Translations under genes and position numbers: made by a program
Origin: Takakia lepidozioides
Taxonomy: Eukaryota; Plantae; Bryophyta
Reading direction: 5' to 3'
DNA: 64,000 bases
NCBI GenBank assembly: GCA_030704615.1
Contig: CM060731.1
Span: forward strand, 91,636,001-91,700,000
In this document: one piece after another, positions 25,344-36,049 of the stretch
Layout: each line of letters starts with the position of its first letter
How positions within the stretch are numbered: position 1 is the first letter of the stretch
Notes under the pieces: generated by a model
Told to the model about the DNA's origin: nothing
The model's database searches: none
What the model saw: the letters and a program-made list of their open reading frames with translations, nothing else

Positions 25344-28300
25344 CTACTCTCCTACACCCTCCGAGGAACTTGCCCCACCTTCTTCCTCATCCCCCTCATC
25401 CCCCTCATCCTCCGAGCTCTGTGATGCATCAGTTCCACTATGCCTCTCAAAAATCCCGTCCTCTCCTTGGGGGACTGTCCACCTCACCTCCTGGGAATCT
25501 TCTGCGTCTTCTCCCCCACTTTCCTCAGCAGAATCCAAGACAAATCTACGAGCCCGACGGGCTCTAATAGCTGCTGCCTCCTCCCTCATCTTCATTTTCT
25601 TGAGGCTTGCCTCGTCTAAAATCTGCTGTACACGACTAGGTTCGAAACACCTCCTAATGGACACCGAAGCAAGCCGGGCAGCATAAGTAGGAAGGATGTA
25701 CTCCCTTTCTGGACTAGGCATGAAATCCCCCCTGGCAAAAAAAGGCACGTTCCTCCTGCCCATGAACTCCGGTGTAGACGTCCCTCCGGCAGTACTTGGC
25801 ATCCTACAGTAAGAACAAATCCACTTCAAGAATGTCAATACCAGCACAAGCAGAAATGGTTTTCAATGAAATAAGAGAGCGGAGGGAGGTGCTTCACAAA
25901 ATCTGGAGGCAACTTACAATGCCACCACTCACTCGTAAACCGGGGGCTCCTCGGCCTCGATCCCAACTTCCTCCCCCTGCTCCTTCTCGGATTTTTCCTC
26001 ATCCTCCGAGGATGCCTCTTCCTCTTTCGGCAGACGTTCAGCCGCTGCAAGTTCCGAGTTGTGGAGGGCAGTATCAAGCTCGAAGGCGAACACATGCCTG
26101 TCGGACAACGTCCCTGCCCACATTGAAGCACCTGAGGAACAAAGCGGGCGGTTAATAGCTTGTGGCATGCAATTGCAATGGGGCCAGGGGACAAACTGAG
26201 CACGTGAAGGCTTACCCGTGCCGCATGTGAGGTCCAGAATCCGCCCTTGGACATCCGAGCACGTCTCCATGAGGGTTTGGATGAAAGCAGGGCTCCGGGT
26301 CCGGCTGTACCACCACGGTTTGCCTGTCTTTGTGTCCTTCGGCATACTAGAGTGAGGCACATAGTTGTAGAGGACATCGTAGGTTACAGGGTCCACAGCG
26401 GCATCAACAAGACGACCGTCGTTGCGGAATTTGAACGTAGACCCTCTCTTCACAAAGCAATATGCCTCAAACACCAATGTCTGCACATCCAACAAAGAAG
26501 GGATCAATTCCAGGGTCTACTTAACATACACCACAATATGAAGTGAATGCAATAGATTGATAACTTACACTTTGGCCCTCTGTTCGCAACCCCTGCGTAC
26601 TGATGCAGAACCATTTTCTGAGGAGGACTGGGGTGACACTTTTCGGTGTCCACCTTGCCACCGCATTCTCTGTGGTCTTCCCTCTCGTGGCAAGGACAAC
26701 CACACATCCACCGTCATCCAGAAGCATCCCCGCCAGCCCAAACCCGGCTTTCCAGTAGTCCTCAGTAAACCTGTTCCAGGTGGGCACACCATCCAGGCCC
26801 TCCAGCAGCTCCCCATCTGGAATGTCGAGGAGAATCATGTCGCAAGCTCTCTCCACCTCAACCCCCCCCCCCCCCCCCGAGTGCTCTTGCAATTCGTGCT
26901 CACAGCCGTGAAGAATTCCATCATGGCTTCAAAACCAGGGGTGTCTTTAGGCTCTGTACCGGCAGCCCTCTTCTTGGCTTTCCCCTTCTGCTCCGCCAGA
27001 GACTTGTTGTGTGCCACCTTCTTCGCCCTGGCAGCGAGAGCGTCAAGGAAGCTCTCATTGATGCATTGGATGATGGTTGGAGGTTCTAGCTTTGGCCTGT
27101 GCGTAAACGTCACCGCCGAATACCGCCGTGTAGGCTCACCCTCAAATGCCAACTTCTTGGCAGAGCCAGTCCCACTCCGAACTGACTTGGGAACCCGGAC
27201 GACCGGTGACTGGGTAGGAGCAACAGCAGTCGCACGACCTTGAACAAAATCGGCGTTGGAGTCACTCTCTTGGGTCCCCTCCTGCGCCTCCTCCGATGCC
27301 CCGATGGTTTTCTTCTTTTTGGGTGTTACTGCAGTCACCTGTTTCCTTGTCCTTTTCCTTTGACCTTTACTCTTCTCATGCAATTTCTCCTGAATTCCTG
27401 CCTGAGCAAGCTCTGCCGCTTTCCTGGAGTTCGCAAGCGCTTTTGCCTCTTTTGCACCCAACGGAGGCAGCGGAGCCCGGTTTCGTCGGAATTCAGCATC
27501 CAGCTTCAATTGAAACTCGGATGGGTCGAGCGAGCCGGGCGGAAGGTCCACATACCAAGGGCAATCACGCAAATGTTCCAGATGCCACTCCTTCACAATA
27601 TCGTCAGTGTACATGGAGTCAGCCCCAGGGTTCCTCCATGCCAGGAAGAATGGTGGCTCGAAAGACAGATGACCTTTCTCCAAAAGGGAGAACTTACAGT
27701 ACCTGCATTCATGAAAAACACAATGAGGTCCGAAAATGGCTAAGTCCCTGAACGGCAATAGGGCCTACAACTGGAATATGGCGCCGAATTTCCACTTCAG
27801 GGCCAGCCAGTCTAGGGACTTAGCCCGAAAATGGCTAAGTCCCTGAACGGCAATAGGGCCTGGAACTGGAAAATGGCGCCGAATTTCCAGTTCAGGGCCA
27901 GCCAGTCTAGGGACTTAGCCCGAAAATGGCTAAGTCCCTGGACGGCAATAGGGCCTAGAACTGGAAAACGGCGCCGAATTTCCAGTTCCGGGCCAGCCAC
28001 ACTAGGGACTTAGGCCGAAAATGGATAAGTCCCTGAAAGGCAATAGGGCCTAAAACTGGAATATGGCGCCGAATTTCCACTTCAGGGCCAGCCAGTCTAG
28101 GAACTTAGGCCGAAAATGGCTAAGTCCCTGAACGGCAATAGGGCCTGGAACTGGAAAATGGCGCCGAATTTCCAGTTCAGGGCCAGCCAGTCTAGGGACT
28201 TAGCCCGAAAATGGCTAAGTCCCTGGACGGCAATAGGGCCTAGAACTAGAAAACGGCGCCGAATTTCCAGTTCCGGGCCAGCCACACTAGGGACTTAGGC

Positions 28301-29575
28301 CGAAAATGGCTAAGTCCCTGAACGGCAATAGGGCCTAAAACTGGAATATGGCGCTGAATTTCCACTTCAGGGCCAGCCAGTCTAGGGACTTAGGCCGAAA
28401 ATGGCTAAGTCCCTGAACGGCAATAGGGCCTGGAACTGGAAAATGGCGCCGAATTTCCAGTTCCGGGCCAGCCAGTCTAGGGACTTAGCCATTTTCGGAG
28501 CCCTGACTGGAAATTCGGCGCCATTTTCCCTAACACCACTTGAGGCCTCTAACATCCTGAAATGCCAGGACTTGAAAGAAAGGCAGCGCGTATGTACCTG
28601 TACAGAAGGCGCATTGCTGCTTTGTCCGCGTTCGGCTGGTCGGTGAACTCGTGGCTCCGGCGAGCATCTGCTATCTCCCGAAAGAATAGGTTGGTTTTGT
28701 AGAGCAGAAAGTACCTCGTCACATAGTCACGTAGGCTCTCTGCTGCAGGAGATATCTCCATCTTGAACTGATGTGCTTGTGTGTCCAGCTGCTCTTGCGC
28801 ATTCGTCGTCACCTGTGGAGATTGTCCATCAGATCGCTTTCCTCAAAAATACAATGAATCCACCCCCTACTAGAGTACAAGCCCCAAACGAAGCGTGGGG
28901 AAGTACCTGAAACCACCATGTCATGCGGTTCATCCACATGTCGAATGTGGGGTCAGAGAGTTTGTCCGGTTTGGGGAAGCTCCACATGTCCCTGGTACTT
29001 TGGGAACCATTCCAGATTTGGAGCCACCGGGTCTGTCCAACCACCCAGCATATTCGTAAGCGCCAAACACCACAAAAAGGAGTTGTTGCCACCACAATTT
29101 GGTTAAGAATGTATCACCTTTTCTGTTGCATCCACACAGGATGTGGCTAGACGATGGAGCTTCTCCAATGTCATCGTGGGCTTCAGAGCGCGAGAGTAGT
29201 GCTTCCCCACCTCCACCAGAAAGTCGGCACCAAGGGCGGGATCAGCTATGGCCACGTACTTTACCATCCGCGACTTGTACTTTATGCGGGCCCTCACCTC
29301 CGCAGCTTTGACATACGATTCGAGTTCCGGGAGGGTTGGATTCTTCTCCTCTGACTCCATGTAGAACCTCCGCGCATGTGCCAAATCCTGCTGTATTTTC
29401 GTCTGTCGAAAAGGCGCACATAAGATTAGAGATCCTGCTCAACACAATTTCTTCTATTGGGGGAGGAGAGACAAATTAGCTCAACAAAACTGTGAGGAGC
29501 TTTACCCGAAATATGTAGTCCACCATGGCGTCGACGCTCAGCCTATACCACGTTCTGTCTGCCTTTGCCTCCGGC
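25344..29575 (-). pseudogene. Spliced cargo gene with a beta-class amino-(N4C/N6A)-DNA methyltransferase-like domain; 5'-truncated (no ParB part) and frameshifted
   Basis: Motif IV-like CDMILLDIPDG..W..F..YW..GMLLDDGGCVVV precedes RSPAFIQTLMETCS..GRILDLTCGTG|intron|ASMWAG..RHVFAFELD (motifs X-I-II). GT-AG introns; the last splice is in frame (PVYE|MPSTAGG) into an acidic tail. Confidence 0.85.
27730..28530. repeat. Intronic tandem array, ~8 x 95 bp (285-bp higher-order unit), with two inverted repeats per unit
   Basis: ATGGCTAAG (one variant) at 27736, 27831, 27926, 28021, 28116, 28211, 28306 and 28401; GGGACTTAGCC..GGCTAAGTCCC and CTGGAAAATGGCGCCGAATTTCCAG; flanked by a GT donor (~28553) and a TGCAG acceptor (~27703) on the minus strand. 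Confidence 0.93.
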
Positions 29576-29577
29576 AA

Positions 29578-30890
29578 TAGGCGCCGAATTTCCCTCACGC
29601 AGGTAATTCAGAAGCACGCGGATGGAAATCCGGCGCCGAATTTCCATCCAGCCAGGTAGGGCGGCGCTGGAAATTTCCCTCAAGCAGGTAATTCGGAAGC
29701 GCTCGGATGGAAATCCGGCGCCGAATTTCCATCCGCGGAGGTAGGGCGGCGCGCCGAATTTCCCTCACGCAGGTAATTCGGTGCCGAATTTCCATCATGC
29801 AGGTAAGTGGAATCCCGGATAAATGAAAATTCGGCGCCGAATTTCCATCCAGCAGGTAAGTCGGATCGGTGCCGTATGGATATTCGGCGCCGAATTTCCA
29901 TTCGCCAAGTTTTTCTGAGTACCTTCGTGCAGGTAATTCCCAGATGAGAATTACCTTCGTGCAGGTAATTCTGGACGAGGAATTAACATCCTACCGGCAT
30001 CGATTGGAACTACCTGCAGGAAGGTAATTCTCATCTGGAAATTACCTGCACGAAGGTAATTCTGATCGACGAATTACCTGCAGGAAGGTAATTCTGAGCG
30101 ATGAAATACATGGCGAATGGAAATTCGTCGCCGAATATCCATACGCCACCGATCCGACTTACCTGCTGGATGGAAATTCGGCGCCGAATTTCCATTTATC
30201 CGAGATTCCACTTACCTGCTGGATGGAAATTCGGCGCCGAATTTCCATCCGGGGGATGGTCTCTGTCGGAGAGGTGCCGCCTCTCCGCCGCTCTGTTGGA
30301 TATTCGGTGCCGAATTTCCGTCCCGGGGGTTGAAATATGACGGCCAGGTGCCGACCTCTCCCTTCTCCCCGACTGCATTGGAACGGCCCCGAATTGAAAT
30401 TCGGCGCCGTTTTCCCATCTGAAGAGGTTTTTATGTCGGCCAGTTTTCGGTCTGACCCCCCGACAAGACTTCCTTTGGGGGGGCCCGGATGGAAATTCGG
30501 CGCCGAATCTCCATCCAGGGGATGTTCTCTGTCGCACACTCGCCGGCCTCTGCGCCCGAGGCGACTTCATCCGGGCGTCCCCTGTTCGATATTCGGTGCC
30601 GAATTTCCGTCCGGGGGTTGAAATGTGACGGCCAAGTGCAGGCCACTCCCCCCTCCCCGACTGCCCCGGATGGAAATTCGGCGCCGTTTTTCCATCTGGG
30701 GATGTTTTTATGCCGTCCATTTTTCGGCCTGACCCCCCGACACGACTCCCTTTGGGGGCCCGGATGGAAATTCGGCGCCGAATCTCCATCCAGGGGATAT
30801 TCTCTGTCGCACACACTCCGGCCTCTGCGCCCGAGGCGACTTCATCCGGGCTTCCTCTGTTGGATATTGGGTGCCGAATTTCCATTCGGG
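29578..30890. repeat. Intergenic array of the 22-bp palindrome GGAAATTCGGCGCCGAATTTCC around a central long inverted repeat
   Basis: Roughly 20 motif copies; 29800-29907 is the reverse complement of ~30111-30219; the spacer holds AATTACCT..AGGTAATT repeats. Confidence 0.92.
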
Positions 30891-31188
30891 GGTAGTAATG
30901 TGACGGCATGGTGCCGGCTTCTCCCCTTCAGCCGTCATCATCCGGACGGCCCCCCACTTTCTGACTGCATACCGTTGGCAGTTATTGCGCAAAGACGAGG
31001 GGCCGCATTCCGGAGACAAGGTTCATTAACACTCTGACTGTGGATTTTTGAGATAGTTGGCTCCCTGGATTTGGATCAGGCTTTGTCGCTCGGACAAATC
31101 GGCATCGCATTCATTCCCATCGCTGCACCCCCTTCTACCAGGAAGCTTCCCCGCATGCCATCCTGGCAGTCTTGTGTGCACATCTCCC

Positions 31189-34100
31189 ATGGCGGAAAAC
31201 TCGAGCGCTACAGTGTACTGCCCTCCTCACGAGCATAGAGCTTCATTTCCGTGCAGAGGGGACACCTGCCGGGTGATGGAGAAATATCTGTGCGTTCGAT
31301 ACCACCTGAAACCGGGGTCGGTTTTTTTGGAGGAGGAAAGGAAGGACTCAAACGGCCTTGTTGTCGAGAGTATTGTTGTGCTCCACGATGATTTCGGCGA
31401 TGGCAGGGAATGGCGAGTTCCACCATCGGACAGCGTCATATACAGGGCTGTTGGGGACTTCATTTGCCCGCCAAATGCACCGTCTATCCTGGCGCCTTCC
31501 ACGAAACAATCCGCGAATCAGAGAGTGGGTACCTCAAAGAGAGAAGTCCGCAACGAAGTAAATCCAGAGCCGAACCCATCCATGAAGACGACCGAGAACC
31601 GGGTTGTTCACAACCTGTCCGACTCAGATGAGGTCATGGAAGTTCTGAGGTCGTCCTGGAGATCAGGCAAGTCCTCAATGGACGTCAGTGGAGGAGGGAG
31701 TCATATTCCCAGCACGAGCACCGCAGTTCGATCTATTCTAGAAATTCTGCGAGGGCTTCACCTGGAAGGACACCGGTCGGAGCTGGCCGGGCTGGACTAC
31801 AGCAAGTTCGCAATTAAATCGGTTACATGCCTTCCCGCCGACGTCGACGGTAATATCTTCTTTGAGTTCCCTCCTCGGGCGGACTACTCGAGGGCGTCCG
31901 GAATGTTGACAGATATGGATAGAAAACATGACGGTCATCCTTGGTGCGTTACCAAAACCACCAGCATGAAGATGCTTGATGGTGTGCGGGTGCGCTACGT
32001 TGTTTGTGCGGGCGCGTTGCGGTGTTTCTCCCCAACTTGCTTCCACTTTAAATCCAGAGGTCACAGGAACGAGACCGATTGGACAGGCACAGCTCACCAA
32101 CCATTTCGAGCTCAGGAGAAGGTTCCGAACTCCACATTTAAGTGTGCGCATTGCAAAGAACCACCACACTGCATGTCTGTTTGTAATGCCAAGCAGTTCT
32201 ATGTGTTGCACCGTTTCCCTGACCTCACCCGAGCTTGCATACACGTTGGTTCCCATTGTCACAAATTGGCGAGGGGGAACTCGCGGGAGGCTGCCCACGA
32301 AGCAGAGCAGCTCGTTCAGGAGGAGGTTAAGTTGAGACCGGGTGCCAAACCCAAACAGATACAGGTCCAAGCCGCCCATAAGATGGCATTGGCCAGAATT
32401 ATGTCGGAAGACGGCTCCGATAGAGTTCCTCTCGACGAGAAGGAAATGGAGGCATTGCTGGAGTCGGTGTCCCACGTATGTTCACCGAATGTCCGAAACC
32501 ACATTGTCTCATGCAAACAGAAAATTGGGCGTGGCTCGGATATGCACTCCATTCTGGAGGTGAAGCGACGATGTGGATATGACTACATTCATGGAAGTAG
32601 GTTTCCAGGACAAGGGATTGAGGCAGATCGTTGTTTCGTATTCAAAATGTCCACGTGTGGACCTGGCAGTGGGCGTCGAACTGGTCGACAGGATGACGAG
32701 TGGGAACTTGTCAAACAGTTGGGTCATGTTCGACCATATCAAGCGAATTACAAATCACCAGTGGGTGACAATGGGTGCACATGTCTACGACACCCACTGC
32801 AGGATGCTAATGACAATTGCTATTTGTGAGATGAAAGGAGAGGACACACAATCGGAGATGCTTCTTTGGCAGGGAATAAACGAACAGATGGCCAAGGCGG
32901 GATTGCCCCCTCCCAATTTCCGTGGTTTCATGGCGGACAACGCACAAGCAAATTGGGCTGCCATCCGAAGGGTGTACGGGCAAGACCCCAATGTTCCCAT
33001 GGAAGGCAAGGAGAGATCTTGTGGGTTCCATTTTCTGCAGAGCCTTTCGCAGTACACAACCAGGCTCGTGGCGCCAGATTTCAGAGAGGAGCACCGTTCC
33101 ATGTGCCTTGCGTGGAAGCGCGCTCCCACCTTGGATGATGCAGAGACACAGTTTGCATGCATACGGGCTTGGTGGACATCGTCAGGTGCTGTAAGGAAAT
33201 CAGACGAAGGAGCAATGGTCAGTTGGCTAGCATGGTGGCATTATCGTTTCCTCCAGTTCGGCGACTATATGCGGGAGGTGAGTTGCACGAATTCGCGTCC
33301 CGTTGGATATTATTCTTGGCCATATATGTAACTTGCTTGTAACCTGAACATGTGCTTGTGCAGGAAATGTGTCTCGACTCCGACACCGACATGCCCACGA
33401 CAAACATGGCCGAATCAGTGCACTCTTCCTGGCGTGCCTCCTCTGCGGCGCATCTGGTGGACATCTTCACTGCCACAACGGAGGACATTGTGAGGTCAAT
33501 TATGCAGCAATGCAGGTACAACGAGTTCTTGAAAAGGAAACAGTGGGGCTTGGGGCCGGACAGGCAGGAAATGCTGATGCGGACTGCCTCCAGATCAAAG
33601 AATCCTCGGAAGTGGGCAGCGGCCTTGCGAGAGGGCCTTCGGGACACGCCATTGCTGCGAAGAGGCCAACATTTGGAAGGAGATGTTCATACCCGTCCAG
33701 TGAGACGAAGACTTGACGAGGCACCTGGCGGAGAAGAGGATTCATGGCGAGCTGACAAGAATATTCGCACGCTCCCTCGTGGTCCGGTGATGTTGTCCGA
33801 GGAGGTCTGGTCGAGCACCGGAAGTCCTGCACGTTCAAGATCGCCATCTCCTTTGAGCACAGGGCGCGTGCCCCGGCAACATAACGAGCCATCTGTAGTA
33901 AAGCAATACAACATTCCCATTGTGGAGACAAGAGTGTCGGAGTCACAGTGGAGAATTGCGAGGACATTGCCGGCATTTCGAGGGAAGTGTTGCGCCATCC
34001 GGGTGGATACGAGAGCATGCTGTGGTGAGATGATTCGGAGGAACCCACACGGTGCTGTACCTGCACCTTGTTTCAGCGGCAGATTTTTGACTCCCACATT

Positions 34101-34782
34101 TGCTCACGCCACAACGCAGACATTTTGGTTCTGTAGGCACGACATAATGACCTGTGTATTTGGTAAGCCCAAGTACGGGATTCAGGGAATGCCGGAGCCT
34201 CCGGGCGTCTGGCCTGTTGCACCGGGTTGCAGCCTCTCTCAGAATGAGGCGGATGCTCTATCTGCAGCAGGATTTCGAATGGTGCAACGCACAGACATCC
34301 CGGCCCACGCATTTCCGGTTCCTCAGACCCAGCCATTGCAGACTGCTCGATCCAGTAGAGACAGATTGGACAATTCTGCACATCCCACAATGCGATTCGG
34401 ATGAGTGAAGAGACGATACCCTCCCAACAAGTTGAATGAGACTCGGATTGCCAATGCTCTTGGGATGGCTTGCACTATTCAGAGCTCCGTGGACGTACCC
34501 CCACCCGGCCTTAGGCGTGTGTATCGGATGGCAACGGCCGGCTCGGCTGTACGCGACGATGTATACACAATTACGATTGGAGTGGAGCCGACTTGCAACT
34601 GTACGGACTTCTCGTTGATGGAAGCAAAGAAGGGTTCGAAGTATTTTCCGTGCAAGCATTTGTATTACATTTACCTGAAGAGGTTGAGGATGAACGTGAC
34701 TATTGATGACTTTATTCATGCACCGGCGTTGAGCGTGAACGAGCTGCACAAACTCCTCCTTAGGGATTCCAGAAATCATTGA
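31189..34782 (+). pseudogene. MULE-family DDE transposase with a GCM/WRKY-like Zn domain and C-terminal SWIM finger; two frameshift/stop lesions and one intron
   Basis: GHPW..CAGALRC..PTC..CAHC..C..IHVGSHCH; WVMFD; FMADNAQANWAAIRRVY; CGFH; TTNMAESVH; SWIM CNCTDF..PCKHLYY; +1 frameshift at ~32672; intron ~33278-33363; lesion at ~34400. Confidence 0.92.
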
Positions 34783-34939
34783 TGGGGCAAATGGAATCCT
34801 CCATATGGATATTTTCAAATGCATTTTGCTGTATCAGACTTTTTTTTTGCAGTGTAATGAAATGCACCCCAAAACTCCTGGAATGAGGCAATATTCCATT
34901 CAAACTGAGATCCAACAGAAGCAGTTGTGGGGCCATTTC

Positions 34940-35300
34940 TGGAAAAATGGCGCCGAATTTCTCTTTTTGGGGCCGAAAACTCGCTAAGTCCCAACATGCA
35001 CTGGTACCTGTGTTTGGGAAATGGCGCCGAATTTCTCTTTTTGGGGCCGAAAACTGGCTAAGTCCCAACATGCACTGGTACAGTGTCTGGAAAAATGGCG
35101 CCGAATTTCCCTATTTTGCGCCGAAAACTGGCTAAGTCTGAACATGCACTGGAAAAATGGCGCCGAATTACCTGTCATGAGGGGACCTATAGCCGCGGAA
35201 TTCGGCACCATTTTTCGCCAGAGAGACCTATTGCCGCGAAATACGTCGCCGTTTTTTCAGGTTACGGACCCTATTACCGCGAAATTCGGCGCCATATTTG
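34940..35300. repeat. Subterminal array of GAAAAATGGCGCCGAATTTC variants
   Basis: About 7 copies with GCTAAGTCCC-containing spacers. Confidence 0.85.
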
Positions 35301-35552
35301 CACATGTCGCTGGGAATTGGCATGAGCGGAAGACGAAATATCATGAGCACAACTGTCAAAAGTGCAATTTTCCCTTCAAGGGGCCGAATAATATATTTGT
35401 TTTTCCTGACACATTGCATTAAATTATTGTTTTTTTTTATTGTTTTTTATTTTCGAAATTTGTACTTCTGCTCATGAAAACCGATTGTGTTACTACTCTG
35501 CTCATGCCGCTCATGCCGCTCATGCTCATGAAATAGCAAACCTCGTCGGTGG

Positions 35553-36036
35553 GGTAATCTGGAGCGTACATCTCGGAGTTTAACACAAGCAGTGATTCGT
35601 TGGCTGCTTCATATTCGTTCACGGTTCTGTAGGGCATATGTGCTGGCCACGGTTCACCATACGGTATACGGGGTGGTAATGTTGTCCTCCAGATGAATGG
35701 TGGTCTAGCCATAGTGGTGCCTTGAATTCGTGTTGCCACCTGTCTTAGTACATGCCGATTCACTGTGTCGTGATGAATGTAATATGCACTGGCGGTTTCA
35801 CGCTCCTCATCTGCAGTTTGATCTTCCTCGTTGGCGTATAAGTCATGTATAAGGGCTTTGTCATGTATTCCTTGGTAACCTTTTAACTTGTTAATATTAA
35901 TTCGTCCCACGAATTCTTGTTCCAAGGCCTGCAAATCAACAGTTCCATTGTCATGTACCTTTTTGATTTGAAATGGTCCCATCCATGGCATTTTCAATTT
36001 CCGCCCAGTTTGATCTTCTTGATTTTTGATAACCAT
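35553..36036 (-). pseudogene. Gypsy integrase C-terminus (GPF/Y module)
   Basis: RKLKMPWMGPFQIKKVHDNGTVDL..RININKLKGY. Confidence 0.85.
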
Positions 36037-36049
36037 AAAACAATGTCCT

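Larger units (their letters stand above)
25108..35544 (+). mobile_element. Fully bounded 10.4-kb MULE-like DNA transposon (family B, copy 1) carrying a DNA-methyltransferase cargo gene
   Basis: Left end GGGGGCTGCTATTTCATGAGC; right end (reverse complement) GAGGTTTGCTATTTCATGAGC; subterminal CATGAGC repeats; TSD GTCGGTGG at 25100-25107 and 35545-35552. Confidence 0.93.
21207..36036 (-). mobile_element. 3' part of a non-chromovirus Ty3/Gypsy (Athila/Tat-like) element, split by the MULE at 25108-35544
   Basis: Integrase end at 35553-36036; extra 3' ORF region 21567-24391; minus-strand PPT AGGGGAGCGGATG (21220-21208) followed by TGTTGACA, the 3' LTR start at 21207 running leftward. Confidence 0.75.

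Noticed and set aside
25344-29575. Bacterial contamination or a prophage as the source of the ParB/MTase motifs
   Set aside because: The genes contain GT-AG introns at conserved positions and lie inside a TSD-bounded element nested in plant retrotransposons
25108-35544. Classification as Zisupton/Kyakuja-Dileera or hAT because of the 8-bp TSD and SWIM finger
   Set aside because: The catalytic core (D..FMAD..A...AIRRVY..CxxH..TTNxxES) is MULE-type; a phylogeny should still confirm this
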